Source of the DNA: Candidatus Hermodarchaeota archaeon
GTDB taxonomy: Archaea; Asgardarchaeota; Hermodarchaeia; Hermodarchaeales; Hermodarchaeaceae
Assembly: GCA_016839365.1 (NCBI GenBank)
Contig: JAEOUH010000039.1
Location: 1-31,469, forward strand
Reading direction: 5' to 3'
Length of the DNA: 31,469 bases
The notes under the pieces were generated by a model, which was given only the letters and a program-made list of their open reading frames with translations, was not told where the DNA came from and did not search any database. The position numbers were made by a program, and so were the translations under genes. Below are positions 8,846 to 17,994 of the stretch, piece by piece (the stretch's first letter is position 1; each line of letters starts with the position of its first letter).

Positions 8846-10225
8846 TTGACCCGATTGTTTGGGACGCAAGGGTTCCGAGGCATTGTCAATAGAGAACTCA
8901 CGGCATCAGTGGCATATGATGTGGGCCGTGCATTAGCTGATTATCTTGAAGGACCGAAGACCATTGGTCTAGGATGGGATTCCCGCCAATCCAGTGAAAT
9001 GCTTGGATTTGCCTTTAGTGCGGGCTTGATGACTGGAGGTTGTAACGTTCATATTCTGGGTCTGGTTCCCACGCCTCTGTTATCTTATGCTATTCCTCAA
9101 CTCAAATTGGATGGGGGAGTAATGATTACAGCAAGTCATAACCCACCGGAATACAATGGCATTAAATTGTGGGGTCCAGATGGCGCATCTTTTACAATGG
9201 AAATGGGACGGGCAGTTGAGGACTGTTATTTTGTTGAAGACAGACCTTTACCTGAATGGCAGGCTTGTGGGCGTCTCGTTCCCTCTGAGGATTTCAGGTT
9301 GCAGTATATCGAAGCCCTGCTCGAGCAGGTTAATGGACAACGTCTCATGAAACGACAGTTCCAAGTTGCTGCTGATTGTGGTGGAGGCGCCGCGGCTATG
9401 GTTGTTCCGGCCCTGTTGAATGCAATAGAGGTACGGACCAAGCTTCTTTACTGCGAACCTGATGGTCTCTTTTCTAACCGGTTACCAGAACCTAAAGAGG
9501 CTAATCTCCAAAAATTAATTCAGACCGTTAAAAAGAATGAACTCGATGTAGGGATGGCCTGGGATGGTGACGCCGATCGAATTATCCTAATCACAAATCA
9601 AGGGCGATACCTTATGGGTGATCGTGTCTTCGCACTCGCAGCATATCATTCGCTTCGAGACCTCCAAGAGAAGCCAAAGCGTATCGTTACACAAGTGGCG
9701 ACCAGCGATGTCATCCACGAAGTTGCGCTCCTTGTTGATGCAGAGATAATCGAAACGCGGGTCGGTGAACCCTTCATAGTCCAGGCAATGAAATCTAAGA
9801 ATGCGGTGATTGGTGGTGAAGAAAATGGGGGAGTTATCTACCGCGGATGGTCTTGGACCCGAGAAGGGATGCTTACGGCATTGAAGATTCTTGAACTCAT
9901 GGAATTAGAAGACAAATCTCTAGAAGAGCTAGATAGCCAATTTTCCACCTATCATCAGGTTAAAGAGAGTGTTCACTGCGACCTTCAAGAGAAGGATACA
10001 CTCCTTGAGCTCATTAAAGAATATGCTCCCTCTGAGGTTGAGTGCAGCACCATCGATGGAATCAAAGTTCGATACTCTGATGGGTGGGTTCTTCTCCGCC
10101 CCTCTGGAACCGAACCCATCTTTCGCGTCTTTGCAGAGGCAAAAACTGAAACCCGAGCAAAAACATTAGTCAATCAAGGGCTCCAAATCGTATCTGATGC
10201 TCTTGGAGATATGAAAACAAATTAA
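8846..10225 (+). CDS. glmM: Phosphoglucosamine mutase / PMM-PGM, paralog 3 (most canonical archaeal type)
   Basis: LFGTQGFRG, TASHNP, DGDADR, GGEENGG, RPSGTEP. SD-like GAGGAG upstream of TTG. Substrate specificity is not certain. Confidence 0.8.
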   Translation: MTRLFGTQGFRGIVNRELTASVAYDVGRALADYLEGPKTIGLGWDSRQSSEMLGFAFSAGLMTGGCNVHILGLVPTPLLSYAIPQLKLDGGVMITASHNPPEYNGIKLWGPDGASFTMEMGRAVEDCYFVEDRPLPEWQACGRLVPSEDFRLQYIEALLEQVNGQRLMKRQFQVAADCGGGAAAMVVPALLNAIEVRTKLLYCEPDGLFSNRLPEPKEANLQKLIQTVKKNELDVGMAWDGDADRIILITNQGRYLMGDRVFALAAYHSLRDLQEKPKRIVTQVATSDVIHEVALLVDAEIIETRVGEPFIVQAMKSKNAVIGGEENGGVIYRGWSWTREGMLTALKILELMELEDKSLEELDSQFSTYHQVKESVHCDLQEKDTLLELIKEYAPSEVECSTIDGIKVRYSDGWVLLRPSGTEPIFRVFAEAKTETRAKTLVNQGLQIVSDALGDMKTN

Positions 10226-10242
10226 TAATATGGTGAAATGCG

Positions 10243-10665
10243 TTGCGTTTGTTGATTTTTCATGGGAATATAGCCTACAAGCCTACTGAAGCAGTAAGGA
10301 TCAGTATTCGTGATGAAGCCAAGGAGGATACCTGGCAAGAATTCGAAAACTGCTTAACTGTTTTTTGTGCCGTAGAAGCTTCTGATGAAGGGCGGTTATC
10401 CGAAATTGTGCAAAAGGCGACAGAAGAAATTCAGTTGGTGGCTAACAGAGTCAAGGTTGGGAACATTGTGTTATATCCACATGCACACATCTTTCCCCGG
10501 AAACTCGCCAAACCCAAGTTCGCTGTTAGGATATTGCAGAATTTACTGAAGGCCTTAGAAGATCAAGGCTTCGTGGTGCACCAAAGCCCATTCGGTTGGT
10601 ACAAAGCCTTTAAGCTCGAATGCTATGGCCACCCCCTAGCTGAAAGCGGAAGAAGTATAGATTAG
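10243..10665 (+). CDS. Free-standing archaeal threonyl-tRNA synthetase editing-domain protein
   Basis: VFCAVE..D, LYPHAH, SPFGWYKAF.L.CYGHPLAE.GR. Confidence 0.9.
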   Translation: MRLLIFHGNIAYKPTEAVRISIRDEAKEDTWQEFENCLTVFCAVEASDEGRLSEIVQKATEEIQLVANRVKVGNIVLYPHAHIFPRKLAKPKFAVRILQNLLKALEDQGFVVHQSPFGWYKAFKLECYGHPLAESGRSID

Positions 10666-10783
10666 ATGCGTGTGAGAGCACAAAGTTTTTCAATCAAGGA
10701 CACATGCTCCACTCAGGCGGTCATGGAATCAGCTTAAAGGAAGGCTGATTACACCCGCTGTGAATCTTCGAGATGATCATATA

Positions 10784-11059
10784 TTGCCATCTAAACGGAA
10801 AAGTGGCGGTCGCAGCAAAGGTGCGACTGGCCGTGGAGCCACAGTTCAGTGTACTAAATGCGGAAAAATAGTCCCTCGGGATAAAGCGAAAAAAAGAACA
10901 TCACGTACTTCTTTTGTCGACCCACAGATGGCGCGCGAACTACGACGTACAGGCACCTTTATTCCTGCGCGACAGACCACTAAGTGGTACTGTATCAGTT
11001 GCGCCGTGCATAGTGGAGTTGTAACCATCCGGAGTCGCAAAGACCGAAAAGGAAGGTAA
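10784..11059 (+). CDS. rps26e: 30S ribosomal protein S26e (eS26)
   Basis: PSKRKSGGRSK, VQCTKCG..VPRDKA, YCISCAVH..VV.IRS. Start placed at TTG 10784. Confidence 0.95.
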   Translation: MPSKRKSGGRSKGATGRGATVQCTKCGKIVPRDKAKKRTSRTSFVDPQMARELRRTGTFIPARQTTKWYCISCAVHSGVVTIRSRKDRKGR

Positions 11060-11115
11060 CCGGCACAAAACAGGTTCTCCATACAGCAGAGGGCTAGTCA
11101 CTGGAGGGGCAGAAT

Positions 11116-11730
11116 TTGGACCTGAACATCATTGTAGACGCACCACGGGTACGCACCTCAGACGATTTTCTGATACGGGATGTTCCAGGAACAAGTGGAC
11201 GACTGGATGTTATTTGCCGCATTCTCGTATCTGCGTATCGAACAGTTCCAGAGCTCTCACCCACCATTCAAGTTGACGCTATTTTTGAAGGGCCTCCCAA
11301 CCCACCACTTCGACTCCAAGTCACCAATGTAAACCCAAGAGATTTCCCTGAGAGTGAACTTGAATGTGCACTCATTTTGAAAGGCCTACTTTATCGGTAT
11401 CGATCCCAATCTGTTTCACAGGATCCACATTGGCCCCAATTTACAATCACACCTCAAGACTTTGAGCAAACCCTTGAGGATGTGATCCAGGATAGAAACC
11501 AAATCCTCTATTTGGTTGAAACCGGTCAACCACTAGAGCAAGTAAAGCTAGGGTTGGATGAGCCGATTGTTGTGATTTTGGGCGATGACCAGGGGCTTTC
11601 CTCAGCGCATGAAAAAAAGGTCAGAACGAAGGCAGTCCAAGAAATCAGCATTGGAACGAGAAGCCTTTTGGGAAGCCAAGTGATTAGTTTATTTCTACTC
11701 GAACTATTCCGACGAAAAGAAACACAATGA
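11116..11730 (+). CDS. trmY: tRNA (pseudouridine54-N1)-methyltransferase, SPOUT family
   Basis: DVPGTSGRLDVICR, GPPNPP, ILGDDQGL, ISIG..SL. Confidence 0.8.
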   Translation: MDLNIIVDAPRVRTSDDFLIRDVPGTSGRLDVICRILVSAYRTVPELSPTIQVDAIFEGPPNPPLRLQVTNVNPRDFPESELECALILKGLLYRYRSQSVSQDPHWPQFTITPQDFEQTLEDVIQDRNQILYLVETGQPLEQVKLGLDEPIVVILGDDQGLSSAHEKKVRTKAVQEISIGTRSLLGSQVISLFLLELFRRKETQ

Positions 11731-11740
11731 AACTATAGAC

Positions 11741-12130
11741 GTGGACCGCATGACTGATAATTCCGAGTTTGTTCATGCTCTGGACAAGTATTCGAAACAT
11801 CAGACGAAAGCTATGCGACGGTTAGTGTCTCGGACGACCAAAGACAATCTTTGGCTGTATGTCCTGACTCTATTGGAAGAGAGGGATTACTTCGGATACG
11901 AAGTGCAAGGAAGTGTTAAAGAGCGATTTGGAGTGGACATGGCTTCAGTGACAGCCTATGTGCTCTTACATAAACTCCAACGTGATGGAATAGTAGAACT
12001 CAGTGAAGAACGAAAAGAAGGTCGTCGACCACCTCGAAAATATTATCGGATTACCGACTTGGGCCGAGAAACCCTCAAGCAGGCTAGGCTGTTTCTCGAT
12101 TTGTTGGCTCAGACTCTGACTCCATCTTAG
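11741..12130 (+). CDS. PadR-family winged-helix transcription regulator
   Basis: LWLYVLTLL...FGYEV, Y.LL.KL..DG.V, GRRPPRKYYRITDLG. Confidence 0.9.
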   Translation: MDRMTDNSEFVHALDKYSKHQTKAMRRLVSRTTKDNLWLYVLTLLEERDYFGYEVQGSVKERFGVDMASVTAYVLLHKLQRDGIVELSEERKEGRRPPRKYYRITDLGRETLKQARLFLDLLAQTLTPS

Positions 12131-12761
12131 AAAGTGCACGGTAGGCATATATCGTGCGTTGAATCACTGTGACATGGGCAAGGATGGCAACAAGCACAAC
12201 GCCATAAGCTATCCAGTTGTCGAGACCGAAGAAAAGCGGTGGAATAAAGAGGACGCCAATTACGGTAAGATACTGTAAGAGGGTCACGACCATTAGAATG
12301 ATTAGGCGTTCAGGGCGTTCTGCAATTCCTATACCTAACTGGGTAATCCCTGCGGCTTCCGCGCGGGCTCGAACATAGCTGACAAGCAGGCTCCCCACAA
12401 TGGCAATGATACCCCAAAGGGTGGAGACCCAGCCACCAAGGATTATTCCAAAGAGAACGATGGCATCGCTATAGCGATCGCAGATGCTGTCTAGCACTCC
12501 GCCAAAAGCTGAGATCTTCCCCATCTCTCGAGCCACGGCACCATCAAGGGCATCCACAAAGCCTGAAAGCAATAAAAGTAGAAGCGCTAGCGCCAGTTGC
12601 TGTTGAATATACATCAATGCGGCAAAGGTGGCAACGACTGGCCCTAAGAGAGTGAGCGCATTGGGTGGGACGCGTGACCTGGCGATGACACGTGCAACTG
12701 GTGAAAAAGCACGTTTGAATTGTTCTTTGATACGTCCGACGACCACTGTGACCACTCTCAA
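12084..12761 (-). CDS. CDP-alcohol phosphatidyltransferase (archaetidylinositol-phosphate synthase-like)
   Basis: PNALT, D(ALD)GAVAR...GGVLDSICDRYSD signature, SYVRARAE, ERPER, several TM segments. Confidence 0.9.
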   Translation of the reverse strand: MRVVTVVVGRIKEQFKRAFSPVARVIARSRVPPNALTLLGPVVATFAALMYIQQQLALALLLLLLSGFVDALDGAVAREMGKISAFGGVLDSICDRYSDAIVLFGIILGGWVSTLWGIIAIVGSLLVSYVRARAEAAGITQLGIGIAERPERLIILMVVTLLQYLTVIGVLFIPPLFFGLDNWIAYGVVLVAILAHVTVIQRTIYAYRALSKMESESEPTNRETA

Positions 12762-12905
12762 GTTTGATTACATTCCTGTGGAGCTGTGCCTATTAAGTTT
12801 CTTCGCATCGTTGGATAACTCGAAAGACTGAAAAGCGTGTTTTCCGCAGATAAGGTATTAGAAGTATTGGATCTCCATTTTTTTCTGGGAGCCCGTGACA
12901 TCGTT

Positions 12906-13514
12906 ATGCAAGAGGAACTTCAAGAAGTCGAATATCAACCCATCCCAGTTCGTGACTTACTTGTGGAAATGAAAGACCTCAGTGAGTTAATGATTGACCT
13001 GGCTTACTCGGCAGTTATGTTCAATGACCGGGATTTAGCTGAAGAAGTCATGGATATGGAAGAACGCGTCGATTACCTCAGCTATTTACTACTCATGAAT
13101 GCATCTTTGGCTGTTCGTGATAAAAGAGACGCTGAACAAATCGTCAGTATAATGAAAACAGCTTCATCTGCGAATAAAATCAGTGATGCCGCCGCAGACA
13201 TCGCGGGACTTGTCCTGCATGATATTGGCATACCCGGGATACTATGGCTCGCCATGAGTCAAGCTGAAGAAATTGTTGGACGAGCAACTATTCTGAAAAA
13301 ATCGATGCTCGTGGAGAAGAGTCTAGCTGATATCAATCTCGAAGAGGAAATTGGTGCAGATATCATCGCGATTCAACGAAAAAGAAAATGGACCATCAAC
13401 CCACCTGAGATCTTTGAATTACAAAAAGGTGATCGAGTCATCGCTCGGGGTTCAGCTGATAGTATAATGAAATTACAGAGGTTAGCCGCTGGTGAGCTTG
13501 AAAAGATTGCTTAA
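12906..13514 (+). CDS. PhoU-like + TrkA-C (RCK_C) domain protein, copy 1
   Basis: LLVEMKDLSELMIDLAYSA...LAEEV; C-terminal IIAIQR..W.INP...L.KGD.VIARG. Start placed at ATG 12906. Confidence 0.85.
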   Translation: MQEELQEVEYQPIPVRDLLVEMKDLSELMIDLAYSAVMFNDRDLAEEVMDMEERVDYLSYLLLMNASLAVRDKRDAEQIVSIMKTASSANKISDAAADIAGLVLHDIGIPGILWLAMSQAEEIVGRATILKKSMLVEKSLADINLEEEIGADIIAIQRKRKWTINPPEIFELQKGDRVIARGSADSIMKLQRLAAGELEKIA

Positions 13515-14109
13515 AACACCTACTGGAGAGCAAACGACAGAAGAACGTATCCTGACAATGCTAATCCAATTGAAGGACACCTCTGAGCTTCTCATCAGCC
13601 TAGCTTATACTGCCTTGTTAACGAATAATAAAGACATAGCTGAAGACATCTTTGAATTAGAAGAAACCTTCGATGGCTTTCATACTGAATTTGAACTTGA
13701 AGTTTTACGTATGGAGCTCGAAGAAGGAGAAGAGAAACGCCGATTGGGTCTCATCAGGCTTGGCGTTGCTGCTGAAAACCTAGCAGATGCCGCCTCGCAA
13801 ATGGCGGAAATTGTGCTTCGTGGCGTCGACGTCCATCCTCTCATGCGTCTGGCATTGAAAGACGCTGAGGAAAGGGTTAGCCGTCAAGTTGTTGATGCTA
13901 ACTCGATCCTTGCCCACAAAACCTTAGGACAGCTCCGATTGGAAGATCATGGTACTCGCATCTTTGCCGTGAAGCGCAAAGACCAGTGGACCTATGATCC
14001 ACGAGGGCGATTCAAACTTCTTCCTGGCGACATCATCTATGCTGGTGGGTATAAAGAAGCGGTCGAAAAACTTGAAGAAGTTGCTCAAGGGAAGGTCCAA
14101 GAACTGTAA
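13492..14109 (+). CDS. PhoU-like + TrkA-C domain protein, copy 2
   Basis: LKDTSELLISLAYTALL, AAENLADAA, IFAVKR..W.YDP....L.PGD. Paralog of the upstream gene; the start may be TTG 13507. Confidence 0.85.
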   Translation: MSLKRLLKTPTGEQTTEERILTMLIQLKDTSELLISLAYTALLTNNKDIAEDIFELEETFDGFHTEFELEVLRMELEEGEEKRRLGLIRLGVAAENLADAASQMAEIVLRGVDVHPLMRLALKDAEERVSRQVVDANSILAHKTLGQLRLEDHGTRIFAVKRKDQWTYDPRGRFKLLPGDIIYAGGYKEAVEKLEEVAQGKVQEL

Positions 14110-14201
14110 CTGCTCTTTATTTTTCAAAGAACTTGATGTGCTAAGCCAAAATGTACATATAGCGGACAAACTGTGATGCCTGAGTTGAGGCGAATTAAGT
14201 A

Positions 14202-15125
14202 ATGGTAGAGAAGCGTGATCTCATAATTGTTGGGTGCGGACCTGCCGGTATGACCGCAGGCTTATACGCAGCACGAATGGGCTTGAATGCAGTAATTTTA
14301 GAAACAGGAATTTGTGGTGGCCGAATGATGAATGCCTGGGAAATTGAAAATTACCCTGGCTTTGAGAAAATCAGTGGAGGCGATTTGACCATGAAAATGA
14401 AAGCCCAAGCTGAAAACGCAGGAGTAGAAATCCGTGAGATGACTGCGGCAGAGGAGTTCCGATTTTCGAAACCAACGAAAGTGGTGGTCACTGCAGATGG
14501 AGATGAATTTCACGCCCCAGCTGTGGTTTTGGCGATGGGAGCCTGTGATGCGGAACTAGGGGTACCAGGTGAGACCGAATATCACGGACGCGGCATCAGT
14601 TATTGTGCCACCTGTGATGGCCCTCTGTATCGTGGAAAACGCGTGGTTGTCGTCGGCGGAGGGAATACTGCTGCAATGGATGCCCTCTTTTTAGCTAATA
14701 TCGTTGAAAAAGTGTATGTAGTGCACCGCCGAAATCAACTACGAGCAGAAAAAACCTATGCAGATCGGCTAAAGGCTATGTCTAATGTTGAAATCCTATG
14801 GGACACCATTCTGTTAGAAGTTTTAGGTGAAGAAGCGGTCACAGGTGTGAGATTGCGCAACAATAAAATTGACAAGGAATGGACCTTGGAATCCGATGGT
14901 GTGTTTATTGCCGTCGGTTGCACGCCTAACAGCTCGTTTTGTGAATCAGTAGGAGTGAATCTTGACGATGAAGGAAACATCATAGTTGATGCAAATCAGC
15001 AAACGAACATTAAGGGTGTCTATGCCGTAGGAGATATAACTGGTGAACCCCGACAGATTGTAAAAGCTTGTGGCGATGCAGTAAAAGCTGTTACCCATTG
15101 GCTTATGGTCAGACCCATCGAATAA
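14202..15125 (+). CDS. trxB: Thioredoxin reductase
   Basis: GCGPAGMTA, ENYPG, GISYCATCDG, GGGNTA, HRR, YAVGD. Confidence 0.93.
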   Translation: MVEKRDLIIVGCGPAGMTAGLYAARMGLNAVILETGICGGRMMNAWEIENYPGFEKISGGDLTMKMKAQAENAGVEIREMTAAEEFRFSKPTKVVVTADGDEFHAPAVVLAMGACDAELGVPGETEYHGRGISYCATCDGPLYRGKRVVVVGGGNTAAMDALFLANIVEKVYVVHRRNQLRAEKTYADRLKAMSNVEILWDTILLEVLGEEAVTGVRLRNNKIDKEWTLESDGVFIAVGCTPNSSFCESVGVNLDDEGNIIVDANQQTNIKGVYAVGDITGEPRQIVKACGDAVKAVTHWLMVRPIE

Positions 15126-15178
15126 TTGTCGCTGACCACAAGGTTTTAAGGTATATTTTGCCGTGAACGTCGGTACAC

Positions 15179-16387
15179 GTGAATTTGGAGGACCATTGCT
15201 TGCGTAGGTTCACTAACACCTTGATTCTCGGGCTTATTCTTATTGTATTGGCTAGCCCTTTGACTGCCTTGGCGGCGCCTTCTCGACAGGATGTTATCAT
15301 TCCCTTCTCCGTGACTTGTTTAGATAGCTCTGGTGGTGCAGTCTTGCGACCAGGTGAGTCACTTCCCCAAATATCTCATACCTTTGCCATAGCCAACGTC
15401 TTTGACACCCTTGATGCCTGGATTGCGGCGGACCTCCTCACCCCAGATCGGGGTTTAATTGAAAACATGACAACTTGGGTCACTGGACTTTTCGTCGATG
15501 AAATCGCTTCGGATCCAAGCTATGGGGGATTCCGACCCTATAATGGATTTCCGAACGCAACGCTCTCAGCAAGTGCCTTTGCAGCCCAAACCCTCGATCT
15601 CCTCAATCAAACAGATAGTATTGATTCCTCTATTCTCATTGATTTCACTATAAACCTACAGCACACCAATGCCACTTTGTATCCTGACACGATTGGTGGG
15701 TTCATGGATTGGGCTAACACCTCTGCTACAGTGTCTGCAACCTATTCTGCAATCCAAATCCTTAACGTGTACGACGCGATTTCACAAATGAACACCTCTT
15801 TAGCAATTGACTGGTTGAATTCCAGCCAACTCTTAACAGATTCACTCTCTCCCAGCTATGGAGGGTTTGCTAACGGGCGAAACTCTACAACAGCAGACTT
15901 GCAGACAACTTATATGGCCTTGCGTAGCCTCGAAATACTCGGAGCCCTATCAATAATCGATGAAGAAGCCGCGATTGATTACATTCTTCCCCATTATCGC
16001 GACGATGCAAATTATCCTCAACACCAAGGAGGCTTCAGTTATACGCCAGACAACCCCGTCGCTACCCATCTGGCAACTTTTTATGCAGTAGCTAGTTTAC
16101 AAATCCTTGGCGCAGAGAGCCAGCTAGTTACAGAGGATATCACCGCATGGATACTCAGCAAACAGACTCTTGACGGCGGCTTTAATGATATCAGCGGAAT
16201 CAATGGAACTGCCCCACAAACAAATTTCGCAGTTTCCACTCTAGCCTTACTTGACCAACTTGCCCTGCTTCATTTACCAGTGGGACCTGATCTCTTCGTC
16301 TTTCCATGGTGGATTGTCGCTGTTGTCGTAATTATCGTTTTGATCGTATTGTGCATTATTATCGCTCGACGGGCTGAAATATTCTAG
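15179..16387 (+). CDS. Membrane-anchored extracellular prenyltransferase/squalene-oxidase-repeat (alpha/alpha toroid) protein
   Basis: N-terminal signal peptide, five GGF......T..A...L..L repeats, C-terminal TM helix followed by RR. Confidence 0.75.
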   Translation: MNLEDHCLRRFTNTLILGLILIVLASPLTALAAPSRQDVIIPFSVTCLDSSGGAVLRPGESLPQISHTFAIANVFDTLDAWIAADLLTPDRGLIENMTTWVTGLFVDEIASDPSYGGFRPYNGFPNATLSASAFAAQTLDLLNQTDSIDSSILIDFTINLQHTNATLYPDTIGGFMDWANTSATVSATYSAIQILNVYDAISQMNTSLAIDWLNSSQLLTDSLSPSYGGFANGRNSTTADLQTTYMALRSLEILGALSIIDEEAAIDYILPHYRDDANYPQHQGGFSYTPDNPVATHLATFYAVASLQILGAESQLVTEDITAWILSKQTLDGGFNDISGINGTAPQTNFAVSTLALLDQLALLHLPVGPDLFVFPWWIVAVVVIIVLIVLCIIIARRAEIF

Positions 16388-16484
16388 AGCCCGAGTGACT
16401 TGAAGAAAAAACCAGCTAATGGGTTGAGAGTGGAGGGAAGGTTTTTTAATCGCAAAATAGTGAGTGCTCTCCGAGGAGAAGAAA

Positions 16485-17864
16485 TTGAGTGCTTGGTCTA
16501 TACTTACTGCTGTGCGTGAAAATCCCGAAATACTTCGAAGGTCTCAACGGCGTAGAGGGCTGGATCCTACCGTTGTTGATGAAGCCATCCAACTAGATGA
16601 AGCTTGGAGAAAAACGCGATCTGACCTTGCAGAGTTCCAACGCCAGCGAAATGAAGTGGCAAAAGAAATTGGGAAAACTAAAGACAAAACTAAACGAGAA
16701 GCCCTTATCAAAAAATCTAAACAACTCTCAAAGAAAGTCGAGGCAGGAGAGAAACAACTTGCTGATCTTGAGAAACAGCGGATGGACATGCTCTGGGGCA
16801 TTGCCAACATTGTACATGATTCTGTTCCGGATGGCATGGATGAAACCGCAGCGAAACCTATGAAATATGTTGGTAAGCCACGGGTTTGGACCAATCATGT
16901 AGACCAATTCCTTGCAGCGGCCCAGGGCTTAAAGACTGAATACCAAGTTCTTGAAGATGTACCAAAAAGCCACTATGTTATCTCAGAGGAAATTGGTTTA
17001 ATCGATACGACTCGTGCAGCCAAGGTTGCGGGATCTCGGTTCTACTATCTCATTGATGATATCGTCTGGCTCGATCTTGGATTGGCACTCTACGCTCTTG
17101 ATAACATTACAAAACAGGGATTTACTCCCCTCATTCCCCCACATTTACTCAACCATGCAGCTTACAGCGGAGTCACAGATATCACTGCCTTTGAGGACTC
17201 ATTATACAAGCTCGAAGATCAGGACCTCTATCTCATTGCTACCTCCGAACACCCGATTGCCGCCCAGTATATGAACGAAGTTCTCGAAATCGACGAACTC
17301 CCCCTCAAATTCGCCGGCTATAGCCCATGCTACCGGAAAGAAGCTGGAGCTCACGGGAAGGACACGAAAGGAATATTCCGCGTCCACCAGTTCTCCAAGG
17401 TCGAAATGTTCGTGTTTTGTCTCCCTGACGATTCCTGGGATTGGATTGAAAAGATGATTGCCATCGAAGAGGAAATCTGGACACCGCTAGGCATACCCTT
17501 TCGTATCGTGATTTTACCTAGTGGAGACTTCAGCCGGGTAGCCTCGAAAACCTATGATTTGGAACTCTGGATGCCTTCTCAAGGGCGATATCGAGAATTT
17601 GTATCCTGCAGCAACTGTACTGATTACCAAGCATATCGTCTCAACACCCGCTTCGCTGAAGCGCGTGGACACCCAACAAAGGGGTTCGTACACACCTTGA
17701 ACTCAACTGTGATTGCGACCACCCGATCCATAACCGCTGTGTTGGAGAACAACCTCCAACCAGACGGACGCATTCTGATCCCGAAACCCCTTCAAGCCTA
17801 TCTTAAGCCCATTGAAGCCGCTCCAGACAAATACATCACACCAGCCCATATGAAAAGCAAATAA
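16485..17864 (+). CDS. serS: Serine--tRNA ligase
   Basis: N-terminal coiled-coil arm, GSRFYYL, ATSEHP, YRKEAGAHGKDTKGIFRVHQF, SCSNCTDYQ, HTLNST. Start placed at TTG 16485 after GAGGAG. Confidence 0.97.
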   Translation: MSAWSILTAVRENPEILRRSQRRRGLDPTVVDEAIQLDEAWRKTRSDLAEFQRQRNEVAKEIGKTKDKTKREALIKKSKQLSKKVEAGEKQLADLEKQRMDMLWGIANIVHDSVPDGMDETAAKPMKYVGKPRVWTNHVDQFLAAAQGLKTEYQVLEDVPKSHYVISEEIGLIDTTRAAKVAGSRFYYLIDDIVWLDLGLALYALDNITKQGFTPLIPPHLLNHAAYSGVTDITAFEDSLYKLEDQDLYLIATSEHPIAAQYMNEVLEIDELPLKFAGYSPCYRKEAGAHGKDTKGIFRVHQFSKVEMFVFCLPDDSWDWIEKMIAIEEEIWTPLGIPFRIVILPSGDFSRVASKTYDLELWMPSQGRYREFVSCSNCTDYQAYRLNTRFAEARGHPTKGFVHTLNSTVIATTRSITAVLENNLQPDGRILIPKPLQAYLKPIEAAPDKYITPAHMKSK

Positions 17865-17994
17865 GCCAGCTAGTGGCATGATGTTTACCTTAAATTGGCA
17901 TATCCGTTAGGATTAATGACCACTAAATATTAGAGGTAAACTCTGCATTCCCAGAAAACAATTATTAACACATAGAAGTATGTAGTTCTGTCCG

